Positions 23,600-37,429 of a DNA stretch of 64,000 nucleotides are shown here, one piece after another. The notes beneath the pieces were generated by a model. It was not told the DNA's origin. It saw only the letters and a list, made by a program, of their open reading frames with translations, and did no database searches. Numbering within the stretch: the first letter of the stretch is position 1; each line of letters starts with the position of its first letter. Location of the stretch: positions 395,391 through 459,390 of the forward strand of contig JAAOMT010000620.1 of assembly GCA_016748015.1 (NCBI GenBank). The letters are read 5' to 3'. The DNA is from Geosiphon pyriformis uo1 (Eukaryota > Fungi > Glomeromycota). The position numbers and the translations under genes are program-made.

Positions 23600-26500
23600 A
23601 TTAAAAAATTAAAAAGTTAATTATAATATCTAAATTGATTTTTTTTGTTATTATTGTATTTTGTTTTTTTTTAATATATCTTTTAATATTAAAAATATTT
23701 TTAAAATATTTGGTAAAATTATTATTAAGTTAAAACTTGTTAATTTATAATAATATACTATTATTTATTTTAAAAACTCAGTTTTTATTAACTTAATTTT
23801 TAATTATTTGTAAAAAAAAACAATGTTAAAATATTTTTTATAAAAAACCAAAAAAATCTGTTGTTAGTAATAAAGTTGTTAAATTGTTTACTGGTCTTTT
23901 AATTATTAATAGTATAAAAGTTGATAATATTAAACTTATAAGATTTTAAAGCAACAAAATCAATAATAAAACAAACAATATTAGTAAGATCTTAAATATT
24001 AAGAATATGAAAAACATATTTGCTAAGAAAACTAGTTATATAAATTCAAACTCAAAAATAAATAATATAATAAATAAGACTACACTTAAAAAAATACATA
24101 TCAAAATATATGTTTTAGATAACAAACCAAAGAAAATTTTTTTTCTTAATTTAAATAATAATAATAATAATATTTTAATATTTCTAAATCCTAAGTTTAT
24201 TGGCTTTAGACAATTGCTATTAGCTAAATTATATGTTTTAAATAAATAAAATTTTAATGTAATAAATTTTTTACATTAAATATTAAGTTTTTTGCTGTAT
24301 TTAAAAAAACTTTTAGTAATAAAAAAGTTTTTTTATTATGTTAATGATTTTAAGAGAGTGTCTATTTTCTCAAAATTTTTAAAAATTATTAAGTTATTTT
24401 TTATGTTAAAATTAAGTTTAAATAAGATTAAAAAATTGGCTATTAATAAAAAAATCTTGATAAATACTAATATTAAAAAAGTAAACAGCCATTTGAATTG
24501 AAAAATAATTATCAAGAAAATTTCTGTTAATTTTTCTAAATCAACTGTAAAATTAGTTTTTTTTAAATTTAATAAGATTTTTTCTGTTAAATTATAGTTT
24601 ATTAGTTTTTGGCAAAAGATCTTAATAGAATTTAAATTAACTAAAATTGTTAATTTGATTATAGTTAAATAGTCTGTTTTTATAAATAAAAATACTATTT
24701 ATATAGTAAAAACTATGAATAATAAACAAATATAGATGTTTAGAGATTATTATTAGACTTTATTTTATATATTGCTAATTAGTATTAGTGTTCATAATTT
24801 TTTTGGTTTGTTGATATTTTATGATAAAAAAACTTGTTTTGTTAGTTGTAATTCAAAAACATATAAATATAATAAGTATATTGTTGTTTGTTTTATTAAT
24901 AAAACTGTCAAAAATTTTGTTATTAGTTTTATTCTGGTTTTCAAAAGTGTAAATTTATATTAAACTGGCTTGTTATTAATTTGTTGTATTTAGTATAAAC
25001 ATTTTAGTCATGTTTTTGATAAGTGTTTAGCTGATAAAAATGTAGATGGTTATGGCAAAAAGCTTGTTATCTTTTATAATTAAGTTAAATTGGCCAATAT
25101 ATATAAGAAAAAACAGATTTTAATTGCTTATTTAATCTTATTTGATAGCAAAACATGAATATAAATTATTAATGGTTTTTTTCTTATAATATCTTTGGTT
25201 TTTATTAGTATTGATTTGTCTTTAAATATTAAACTTTTTTTGTTAATTTTAATAAAAATAAATAACAGATTTATTACTTTTAAGTACAATTTTACCAGTT
25301 TTATAAAGCAAATTGATAAGCTAGCTAAGAAGTTAAATGCACTTAGACTAATAGTTTTCTAGTTTAGTCTTGAATATCAGTTGTTGGTAATTTTTTTATC
25401 ACAGAATTAAGAAATAAATATAATAATAAATAAAGATTTAAATATAATTACTAATAATAAAACTATTACAGAAGCAGTATTTGTTAATTTATTAATTATT
25501 TCGAAAATAGAAAATAATATAAACAATTTGTTGAATATAATTATAGACTTGCTAACCTAAGTAAAAATTTTTAGTTTAAATCTAAATAATTTTATTACTT
25601 AATAACTAATCTTGTTTAAAAAATAGTGACACATAATATAAGGAGTATAAATATTTTTGCAAAACAAAAAAACATTGTTCATTAGTATATTAGTTCTAAT
25701 TATATAATTTTTATAATTATAGAGACAAAATTAAGATTTAGTATTAGGTTATAAATTATAAATAAGTTTTATAAGATGTAAATTTTTGTATTTAATTTGA
25801 ATAAAAGCTTTTTTGATATTAATATAACTATTATTATAAATGTTTTTTTGGCTTAACATGTTTTAAAAATAAAAAAAATTCCAGACCAACTTATCTCAGT
25901 CTGTTTTTTGTTTAAAAATAAACTTTCACTTACAATTTTAAGTTTGTATACTGGTATTTTTATTAAAACCAAGTTTAATTAAATATTAAAAATCAATTTT
26001 TTTATTGTTAAAGCAATTAATTCAAATTTTTTTGTGGTTTTAAATAGAAATTTCAATAATAACAGATTTAAAAAAAATGTGAATTTTAAGTTTTATTTAG
26101 ATTTAGAATTAGTTAATTTGTTTAGTAGACATTTTTTAACCAAAATTTTTACTTGGTATAATTTTAAAAGAATAAAAAAAGTTATTAATTATGTTTTTAT
26201 GAATTAAAACTTGTTGTTTATAATTGTTAATTATAGAATTACTTTTATATTTAACTTTTTTTATTATTAATTATAGAACAGTTATAGTTTTAATTAAGCT
26301 AAATAGTCTTTTATATATTTACTTAAATAGTATTTACAAATAAGTAAATAAAAATTATTAAAAATTTAGAATTAAAAATACAGATATTGTTAAGTAAGCT
26401 TATTTCAAATATTGGTTTAGTAAATTTAAGTGCTTAAAAAACAAACAATTATTGAAGTTTTTTAAATTAAAATTATTGGTTGCCAAAATAGTAAAAAAAT

Positions 26501-27850
26501 CAAATTTAGGTAATAAATCTGAATTTAATAATTTTATTATAAAATAATTAGTTATTAATAATAAGAAAACTTTTAAATTAATAATATAGTACAAAATAGT
26601 ATAAAATCAATAAATATTATTAAATATTTGTTAATAATTAAAAAAAAGTATAGAAAATTTAAGTACTATGAATCAAAAACTGCCAAAAATACTTTTATTA
26701 AAAAAAAATTAACTCATACATAAAAAATTTTAGCTTTAACAAAAAATATATAATTAGAAGTGTTTTAAAGCAGTCTTTTTATAAGATAGTTTTTAACTAC
26801 TTGGTAATTAAAAAAATTTTTGGTCTTAAAGTTTAATAAAGTAAAGCTTAATATTGATAAAATTATAGAAAAATAAACAAAAAACCATATTATACTTTCA
26901 AGATTGTCTAATTTGTGGTTTTATTAATATGTTTTCTTAAATTATATAAATAATAATACTTTTTCTAAAATAATATTAAAAATTAGCATGAATAATTTAG
27001 TTTTGGTTATTAATAATCTGTTTAATAACAAAACTGCTAATTTTTTTGATATATTAAATAAACTTTAAAAACATTATAATAATATAATAATAGAATGTTT
27101 TTTGATTTTGCTAAATTTTTGTTTTGCTTTTAATAATATCTTAGCTTTTTAAAAAAAAACCAAAGTTTTAATGATTTCCAAATTTTATAAATAGAATAAA
27201 GTCTTAATAAATATTTATTAAGCTTAAAAATAAGTTTTTTTAAATATTTAAAACTGTTTTTACTTATTAGTTAATTTTAATAAAAAAATATTATTATTAA
27301 CCAAAAAAAATTATAATATTTATAAAACCAATTTAATTGATTTTTATTTGGCTATACTGTTTTTAAAACTAGTAATTTACTTGTTTAAATTAATAATTAA
27401 ACTTATTTTTTTTTAATTATTTAAATTAATATTAATATTATTTAAAAAAAATTATATTTGTAAACATTAAAATTTGTTTTATTTTTTTAAAACTTAAATT
27501 AAGTATATCTAATTTACTTATTGATTTGCTTAAAAGCTTTAATTAATTTAAAAATAAATACAAACTTATTTTTTAAATATTCATGATTTTGAAAATAATT
27601 TATTAATTATAATTAATTATAACAAATTATATTAAATGTAAATTATAAATATGTTTATATGTTTATAATAAATAAGTATTAATAGATTACTTTAATAAAA
27701 TAAAAGCATTAAATATCTTTAATTTAAAAAAAAATTATTTTTATTGTATAATTTGTTATATAATTTATATTTAATATATAATAATTGTATTTATAAAAAT
27801 AGTTGGTAATTAAATTAATTAATATTTAGTAAATTAAATAATTTATTTCA
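23600..27850 (+). mobile_element. Heavily decayed LINE copy (ORF1, APE, start of RT)
   Basis: ORF 24292-24501 is a K/I/N-eroded version of the ORF1 IRKLFSGINGF..SKFEGIIR segment. The APE start KIVTHNIRSINIFAKQKNIVH at ~25620-25685 corresponds to KIATCNIKEMNNPAKQADVI. Ends approximate. Confidence 0.8.
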
Positions 27851-28028
27851 AATTTAAAGTATGTATATATTTATAAATATGACTCAAAGGACATTTAATG
27901 ATTGGCAGAAAACAGATCAAAGATACCAAAATAAAAGTTCCATGATCATTGTTTAGATTGAAACAAACAGTCTTGACCATTGTCAGTTTCACTTTATTTA
28001 CTACGGCCAAGATTTATCAGCACGCAAA

Positions 28029-30245
28029 ATGTCAAATCAACAAATTGAGCAGAACGAACTCCTCTTTCATGAAAAAGAGGATGTATTATGTTTTCACGGT
28101 CCTTTACTTTACGAGGCTAGAGTCCTAAAAGCTGAGATATGGAATCCAGGTGATTCAGAAACTGGGGACACAGGTCCCCATTATTACATCCACTACAAAG
28201 GATGGAAATCATCTTATGATGAGTGGGTGGCAAACGCTAGGGTGTTAAAATATAATCAGGATAATCTCGAGGAGCAAGCACGATTGAAAGAAAAGCATAA
28301 TCAATCTAAAAAGAGAAAGAGCGCAAAGATTACACCTCCAAAAGCTGTGGCTCAGGAAGATCCTTTAACAAGAGAAAAGCCATCTACATTGGGGGCCTCA
28401 TCCAAAATCACAAAACCAGTCGCCAATACCAGTAAAAGAAGTACCATTGTGGAAAATAAGTTATCGGAAAGTTCGCCGGTATCAAAAAGTGGAAGAAGCT
28501 TGAAACCCACCGAAAAGAAAGAAGAAATCAAAAAGGATGAAAGCAAAAGTAAAAAGGGAAAGGAAGATGTTAAAAAAGAGGCGGCTAAAAATGAAGATAT
28601 AAAGAGCAAAAAGGGAAAAGATAGTCCCCCAGAGGCTGTTGGAGTTCACGAAAAGGGAGAAGAAAGGTCAGAAGACAAGATGGACATTGATCTACTGGAT
28701 GTTACTGAAGAGTATAAAGCTGAAAATACGGCCGAATCCCAAGATTTTATGGAGATATCTCAACCACAAGAGCAAGATGGATTGGGTAGTACACAAGACC
28801 GCGCTGGCAAAAGAAAATTTGCCGAAGTTGATAAAACCCCCAAGGTTTAGGATTTGAAATCTTTCAAATGACTATTATAAAATTCTCATTATTTATTTGG
28901 ACATTTATAGTTCAATTTGCCATCAGAGACAGAGGCACTTTTTCGAACTCGTCCTGAAATCGAAATTGGCATCCCTGAATCCCTCCAAATTAAATTGGTT
29001 GATGACTGGGAAACTATTGCTAAACTTGGTTTGGTATGCATAAACTACATGTTGATATTATTGATGAGAAACGAATAATTTCGTTAATATTTAGAAATAT
29101 TTCACATTCGAATAATCTGTTCATGTTTACAAATCCGCAGAGGAGAGAGCTTCCTCGACCTATCACATTTAATGAGATCCTCGGAAGATGGGTTGAATAT
29201 CAACGTAAGCAAGATTCACAAGAGGAAGAGAATCAGAAGAAAGAAGAGCCAATTCAAAGCAACATTGAAAATTCTACATGTGAAGAAGCTAGCTCCAAAT
29301 TAAATATGGAAGCAGATGATGCTGAAAATAAAGATCAAGATTCTGAATTTGATTCTTTGGCACCTAAACCAACAGCAAATGGTGAAGGCAACCAAGAAGT
29401 AGGAGTTTTGACACCAGTTAAGGATACCAACCTTGAGGCTGAGTCAGCTCCACAATTCGAAGCTGAATCAGATGGCCAAAGAATCAATGAAATCGAAGCT
29501 GAGTTAAAACCGATTGCTGATGCCACTCTAGATCTCACAATTGCGGCTCCGAACAATCAGAAGATAGTAACCTCGGCTGATAACGGCCCATCATCTGCTA
29601 TACCCCACGAACCCTCAGATATATACCATGAGGTGGTCGAGGGTCTTAAGAAGTATTTTGAAAGAACTTTAAGACACACTCTACTATACAACTCTGAAAG
29701 ACCTATACTAACTGAGCTACTTAAGACCAAACCAAACCAATCTTTTGGGGATATATTTGGTGCTGAACACATGTTACGGCTTTTTGTAAAATTACCCGAA
29801 TTTCTTGCTCATACCGAGATCGAATATGATTGTGTGCAAGAGCTAACCTTCCGGATCACTCAAATCATGGCATTTCTAAATATGGGAATTCATGAGTTTT
29901 TCGATCCATCTCCCACCCAAATCACTTTCTTGGTATCTCCCTCTAAAAAACCAAGAATCAATCCTCCACAACCACGAAGATCAGCCGCTTCCTGGAAAAA
30001 TCAGCCTGGCTTGACCTGTGCAAATTGTGGAACCCAGGATACACCTGGTTGGCGTGTAGGAAGCACTCAAGATGAGAAGCTTTGTAACGGTATTTACTTG
30101 TCCAACATTGGTTATTTTTCCCATTATATTATTGATTCCAAATTAAACACTTTTTCACTTAGCATGTGGACTTTATTATGCCAAACACCGTATTCAACGA
30201 CCCTCTAATTTATGGGGATTGATTCGAAGTAAGCGAAAAGCTTAA
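28029..30245 (+). CDS. EAF3: EAF3/MRG15-like chromatin protein (chromo-barrel + MRG domain) with a C-terminal GATA zinc finger; exons 28029-28844, 28911-29033, 29141-30089, 30163-30245
   Basis: CFHGPLLYEARV, HYKGWKSSYDEWV; RPEIEIGIPESLQIKLVDDWE; EVVEGLKKYF..L...LLY.SER; IFGAEHMLRLFVKLP; spliced CANC-x18-CNACGLYYAKH. Confidence 0.9.
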
Positions 30246-31299
30246 CCCGACATTAGGCTTCCTAGATAGCAATTATTTTTACTCGCTTTACAATTTGCCA
30301 TTTTGCTGAAATTAAAATTAAGAAATTCAAGACAAAATCATACACGTCTCGAGTGGGTGCGTTAAGTATCTCCTTTATATTTATACATAATAAAGATGAT
30401 AATATCGGGAAAATAAATTATACCTAGCTTTATAGACCACTTAACATGATTTACCGCTACATTAAATCTACAGATTCTTAATCAAGGGAGTAGGCTTCCG
30501 CGTTGGCCTAAACTGACTCATTTTTAAGTAAGAATGTTACAAGCATTATTATATCTTTATTAAGTTCTACTTTGTATTGGGCCAGTGGAATACTTAAATT
30601 GTAATGAATATACCACACAATTTAAAAGTTTGCTTGTATATTCCTTTAAGTAATTATGCGTGCTTTGTAAATTAAATGTTATTGTTTATTTTTGAATACA
30701 AAACTTAAGTATTAATTTAGTTTCATAATTCTTATAAAATCATTTAATAATAAAACATTAAAAAAAAATTAAAAAAAGTATAACTCAATAAATAGAATAC
30801 AATACAAAAAACTAATATTTATTAAAAAATATTGTAATTTTAATTTTGCTTTTTTATACTTTACAATTGGTTAAACATTTTTATTTAATTAAAATTGGCG
30901 TAATATAATAAGTAAAAAAGTTTGTAATTATATTGTTTAATTATGTTTACATAATAAATAGCTTAATTAAAATTTTACTAAATTTTGCAAATAATTATTA
31001 ATTAATATAATAATATGTGTAAAAATTAATTATTATCAACATTTTATTTTGTAAAACTAATTAAACCAAAAATTAATATTAAACCAAAATATTTAAATTT
31101 TTTATAAACAAATTATATTAAAATTTAAAATAATAATAATATAAAAAAACTTATTTTTTAAAAAAATGTATTTTAAAATAAATATTTTAATTTAAATAAA
31201 AAATAACAACCAAAATAAAATTAAACTTAATTTTATTTAATATAATAAATAATAATAAAATAAAGTAAATACAAATACTAATAAAGTTATATAATATTA

Positions 31300-32200
31300 T
31301 TTTTTATTTTTATAAATAAGACTTAAATACTATTTAAAACAATATATCAAACTAAGTAATCTAAATTAAATGTAAATCATGTGCTGTTTATACATAATCA
31401 GTTATTTAAGTCAATTAAAACAACACTATAATCTTATATTAATATTAACAATATTATTAATATCTGAGAAAAATAAACAAAATTTATGTATATTAAAACA
31501 AATACCAAAATTTTTATCCAATTCAAACAATTTTACAACACTATTAGAAAGCAAAAATAGCAAATTAATAATAATAAAAAGTAAAGAATCATTACAAAAA
31601 ATCAAAATATTTTTTTCTAATAAAATTCTATATTTAATATATATTGACTAAATTTTTTTTGATAAATTTTTTTTATATTATAAACAAAATATACAATCTT
31701 ATTAACAGTAATTTTAATATTTTCAAACACTACAAAAGTCTTTAAATACCAATCTCTAAATACAAAATTTTTATTTAATATAATATATAATATAATATTT
31801 AATATATTAATTAAAAACAACTAAGAAACATAAGAATTAAACTGATAAAAACCCAATATAAACTCTTATAATTTGGCATAAAATTTTAATATACAATAAT
31901 AAACAGCAAAATCCACAACACAAAAAAATAATAATCTGAAAGTTTAATTTTTTTACAATATAAATATAAAATACTAGAATACTTTTTATTAAATTTTTTT
32001 TTATAAACAGCTATAAATAAATACTAATACAAAAATTTTATGAAATATATTGCAAATCTGCTATTCTACTACTTATAAATTCAATTGTCATGTAAAAATT
32101 AAGGTGCTATATTAAAAACAATTAGATTAATCAATATTTTTTAACATAATTTTATTTATAACTATTATTATAAGTAAATTTTTTGAGTAGATATTAATAA
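31300..32200 (-). mobile_element. Decayed 5'-truncated LINE (C-terminal Zn-finger region, 3' UTR and tail)
   Basis: ORF 31617-31820 (NKNFVFRDWYLKTFVVF) parallels CKEFVFKKWFYEAVSMF of copy C; 31360-31430 matches the LINE 3' UTR motif; T-rich tail near 31300. Confidence 0.75.
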
Positions 32201-33997
32201 TTTTTATAACTTAATACTTAAATTTACTATTAAAAATTTTAAAAATTTTTTGAAAAATTTATATAGAAGTTTTTTGTATAATAAATAAAAATTTACTTAA
32301 TAATAATTAATTAAAAAATTGTAAATTTTTTTAGTTTAATAACTGATTTATTTTGGTATTCACATCTTTTTAATAAGTAATTCTAGTTTTTTGATTATAT
32401 TCATACTTTTTTTTGGCATTTTTTATTAAGTAATTTTTAATGTTATAATTTTATCATTTTTTTATAATTAATTAGTAATTCAATTAATATAATGTTTTTA
32501 GATTTATTAATAAATAAATAAAATAGAAATTTTTATTGAATAATTTAATTAATTTGTAATTATTAATAAAATAAAAGTAATTAGACTAATCTTAAAGTAA
32601 GCTTGTTTGTTGTTATGCTTAAACAATTAATTAATAAATTGATGTTTTTTTTTTATTTTTACTACTTTTATTATATATAAATAAATTTTTATAATATAAG
32701 ATTTTTAAAATTTTTACAATTACTTTAAATTTTTACTGAAATTTTTGGCATTTCTAAAATTTTTGGTATTTTTGCCAGTTTTTTACAATTTTTAAAATTT
32801 TTAAAATTTCTAAAATTTTTAATATTATTTTTTTTTTAATATTAAGCTTTTGTAAAATTTCTTAAGTTTTTTTTTGAATCAATTTGTCTATTTTTTTTAT
32901 TATAGTCTTAGAAATTTCTGTTTTTAGCTTTTTAAATTGTAAGTTGGTCATTTGTTCTAATTGGTTTGCTATTAAGTTTTTTATAGTTAAATATAATAAT
33001 ATTTTATTGTATTTATAAAAAATTGTATATAGTCAATAGATTATTTTCAAGTAGATTATTAAGTTGTTTTTCTTAATAAAATGTTCTATTTATTGTATTA
33101 TTTTTTTGTTAAACACTTATTTGAAATTATTAGTATATATTATCTAAATTTTTAGTTTTTGTTTTAAGTAGTAATAGTAATATGTTATTGAAAACTGTTT
33201 TTTTAGCTTTTTTAGTCTTTTTTTATTAATTTTTTAGCTAAATACTTATTATTAAATTTTTGAAAGTTTTTTTATTTTTTTAACAAGTTTTTTTATGTAT
33301 TTATTCTCTTGTTTTAGAGTTTTATTGTATAGTATTTTCTTAGTTGTTCTGTTTTTATAAATATTTTTATAACGAATTTTTTGTCTATTGACTGTTATTT
33401 TTATGTTCAAGTTTTTGGTCTTCAATATTTAAAATAATTATTGTGTTATTATATGTATTTTGTCTATTATTTTTATTTTCTGTTTTATTTATTATGTATT
33501 AGTTATATTTATAATAATTTTTTGGTTTTATAATTTATTAATTTTAATGATAATAATTGGTTTTAAATCTTGTAAAATTTTATTTAATTTAATTAGTAAT
33601 TTTTATGCTTTTAATTAGAATGTGTTGAAATTTGCTAATGTTTTATTATAATATAATTTTAATCAATTTTTATATACTGCTTAGTCAAAATTTTGTTTTT
33701 AGTCTTAATTTATATGATCTATTTTTCAGTATTTTTTTAATGTAAAATAGTTCATTTTATTGTTTTTCTGCTTTTACATAATATAAAAATACTTTGTTTT
33801 CAATCTTAAATTTAGCTAATTTGTTTAACAACTAACTATTATGTCTTTTTTTTTGTTTTTTTTAATATAATTAGCTGCTTTTTTTTTGGTTTTCAAGGTT
33901 TTTATTAAGTTATATATTCGTTTTAATAATATTATTTAAAATGTCTTTTGTTATTAGTTTTATTAAATATATTACTATTTTTTTTTCTATTGGTAAT

Positions 33998-36900
33998 TAA
34001 AATTCTGATTGAACTAAATTAAATTAAACTTTGAGTATTGTTTAAGTTCAGTTTGAATTATAAACCAAATTTAAACCAAACCAATTTTTCAAAGTAAATT
34101 TGGTTTGAACTTTTTTGACAAATTTAAGTTTGATTTAAGTTTGGTTTAAAGTTTATAAACTTGTTTAAGTTTAATAAAATTAAAAAATATATAACTTGTA
34201 TTATTTGTTTATTAATTATTACTTTGTTTAATTACTATAATTAATTAAAGAGATATATAAAACTATGTATATATAACAACTCTACTTTCCAACTTATTAA
34301 AATAAATTTATTGTTAGTATTATTTAATGTTACTGAAAATTTAAAATCCAAAATAATAGAATTTGATAATCCAAATAGTTCAAATATTAATATATTTGGT
34401 AAACATGATTTTCAAAGTGAAATATAAAGCTATTATGATAAGTTTAAATGGACAAAAAAAAACAGCCAAATATATGGTCTTAAAATGTGTATATAAATTA
34501 TTTTTTTGCAAAACTATGAATATTACCAAACTTTTATGGTATTATTTAAAAGCTTTTTACCAGAAGTATATGTTATAACAGAAAAATATAATAAGAAAAA
34601 ACAAAATGTTTAGAAAGATTGTAAGTTAATTAAAAAAATGGTTTGATAAGTGAGATTGCTATTTTTTTTTATAATTTTTGGCCAATTTAATTAAAAACTG
34701 CTTTAGTTTTCTGTAGTAACTGTTATTAATATTGATAATAAAAAACTTCATAACATAATTACTATTTGGTTTATCAACTGTTAACAACCATTTTTTACAA
34801 TGAAAAACTCTAAATTAATCAAAATATTTTAATATTTGAACACCACTTTTCAACTTGTTTGTGTTAATACAATTAAGAATAAAATTATAGAACTCTATAT
34901 CTTAAGTAGATAAAAATTAAGAGTAAGTACTATCTTTATTATGAAATATTTTTTTTCTTTTACTTATACTTATAATGTGATAGGCATACTTAAGTATTAT
35001 CAAGTTCAATTTTTTTTTTACATTAGATCTCTGAACATTTTTCAATAATAAAGTCTTTGTTTTTATTATTGTTTATTATATTAATAACAATTGAAATCTT
35101 CAACAAACAATAATTGATTTTGGATTAATAAGTAGATAATATAATGGAATAAATATTGTGAATAGATTTTTTAAAGTATTAAAAAATTATAGAATTACAT
35201 CAAAAATATGTATATATATTTTTGCATAAATTTGAATTAGTCAATAACTAATAATGAAATTGGCATATTATATAGCATATTAGTATTATTTAAGACTTAA
35301 AATTATCATAATGCTCATATTATTGAAAATTGCATTTTCTTAATGTTGGTTTAAGTTGGTTTTTATTATTGCTTCAGAGCTGAATTTTCAGTATTAGTAT
35401 TATCTAAAGCTTAGAGTTACTATAGTGTTCATATTATTGAAAATTACATTTTCTCAATGTTGACTTAAGTTGATTTTTATTATTGCCTTAGAGCTGAATT
35501 TTTGGCATTAGTATCATTTAAGGCTTAAAGTTATCACAGTGCTCATATTATTAAAAACTGCATTTTTTTAATATTAGCTTAAGTGGTTTTTATCATTGTT
35601 TTAAGCCAAATCTTCAGCCAAAAAAATTAAGAAAAAAGTTTAAAAAAGAGTTACACTTACCTTTTTTTTATATGAATTTATTATTAATTTTATTAGTTAT
35701 AATCTAATTTTTTTTTGACAGCTTTTTGCTATTATTCTTGATAATATTATAAATAATAGTACTTTTATAAAAAAGTTAATAAGAAAATTAAAAGAAAAAA
35801 ACATTTAATAGAACTCAAAAAACCTTTGATTTTGATATTTTGATTATATTTTAAACTTAGCAATACAAGTGGTTTTAGATAAAATAAAGAATGATGTTTT
35901 CAAAATATTTGTTAAAAACCCAAACCAAATATATTTATCTGAAATTTTTTTAATATAAACTTTGTATAAATTAAAAATTAAAAAACTTAACTTTGTAATT
36001 TGTATCTTATCTTAATGTTTTGAGCTCTTTGAACATACTTGTAATACATGTCAAATTAAATACCATAAACTTATTTTGAATTGTCTCATCTAATAGAATT
36101 TTACTTATAATATAATTAAGAATAGGTTATCTTTTAAATTGGCAAGTTATTTATTTCTAATTTCATATAATTTAAATACAAAAATTCTAACTCTAAATTT
36201 ATAACATTAAACACTTTTATTAACAGTCATATTGATCTCTATTAATATGCTATTTTATATGATTAGTAAACTATCTTTAATAAAATTGCTAAATTTCTTA
36301 AATTATTTAAGAATATTATAATTAAAATATCAACCAGTTTAAATAATACTGCCTTTTCAATTATTTCCTTCTTTAATATTATTTTTAATTACATTAAAAA
36401 TATAATTAATAATAATAAATTTGGTAAAATATTATAATTTTAATTGTATTTATTTAGTTATTTATTTAACATATTTAATATTAAATCTATTATTTATTAC
36501 AGCAGTTAAAACAGCAAAAAAAAAGTTAATTAAATATTACTTTAAAACAAATATAATTGTAATGCTCTGTACTGTATTAGATCCAAGAAAAAAATTCTAT
36601 TATTTTACAAAAAGGGAATTTTCGAATAATAATATTAATAAAACAAAAAATTGTAAGTTATTAATTTATTTAAATAGTTTTATTTTCCAACTCTTACACA
36701 ATAAATAAATCTTTAAAATACATATTCTTTTAAAACAAAGTATATACTAAACATTATACTAATATCAAATAACAGTTTTTTGTTAAATAACAATTTTAAT
36801 AATACCATAGCATTAGTTACACAATCCATATTAAAGACAAACTTTAACAATAATAAGAAAAAATAACTTGACAAAATTAATTGTTATATCTCTGAAAATA

Positions 36901-37429
36901 TGGCCAATAGAGAAATAAATATAATAACATGATAGAAGATATATTATAAAAAATATTTATCTAAATTAACATTTTATTAATAATTTAATATTTAAACATA
37001 TTAAACACAATTTTTTTGTTTTGCATATATGATTCATAATTATTTAGCAGTTTAAGAATTATTTGTTGCTTTTAAACATGTTTTTTCTGTAGATAAAAAT
37101 ATAATTACAGATATAAAGTCTTGCTTAGTGCCTAAAACTATAAGAGCAGTATAGTGTTTTCGATTATAAATATAGAGACTATTAAAAAAAATTAAATAAT
37201 AATATAATATAATATAATGTCTTTAATAATTAAATCTATATATGTTCATGAACTTTGAACTAAACTTGAACCAAACTTGTTGTATGTATTTGGATTTAGT
37301 TTAAATTCAGTAATTTTAAGTCTAATTTAAGTTCAAATTCAAAATTTTGCCAAATTTTTTGTTTAAGTTTGGTTTAGTTTAATAATTTAATTGAACTTGA
37401 ATTAAATCAAACCAAACATTAGAACTTTA
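33998..37429 (+). mobile_element. hAT-superfamily DNA transposon (decayed, intron-containing transposase)
   Basis: 12-bp TIRs TAAAATTCTGAT (33998-34009) and ATTAGAACTTTA (37418-37429); perfect 8-bp TSD TTGGTAAT (33990-33997 and 37430-37437); degenerate AACCAAA/TTGAAC subterminal repeats. Transposase relics TLDL*T..., IILDN, KLIKYY..VLDPRKK and the dimerisation domain (NYLAV..KHVFS..SCLVPKTI). Confidence 0.92.
35277..35620. repeat. 114-bp minisatellite, ~3 copies, inside a hAT transposase intron
   Basis: (C/T)TCATATTATT(G/A)AAAA recurs at 35314, 35428 and 35542, an exact 114-bp period. Confidence 0.88.

Noticed and set aside
24007-26594. K/I/N/F-rich ORFs in AT-rich tracts (also 31379, 34363, 60278 and 61764-62177) as novel small proteins or organellar inserts
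   Set aside because: They are eroded LINE, hAT or Ty3 frames or their antisense; no organellar gene motifs.
35277-35620. Periodic repeat as a CRISPR array
   Set aside because: Whole 114-bp units repeat with no unique spacers; eukaryotic context and no cas genes.
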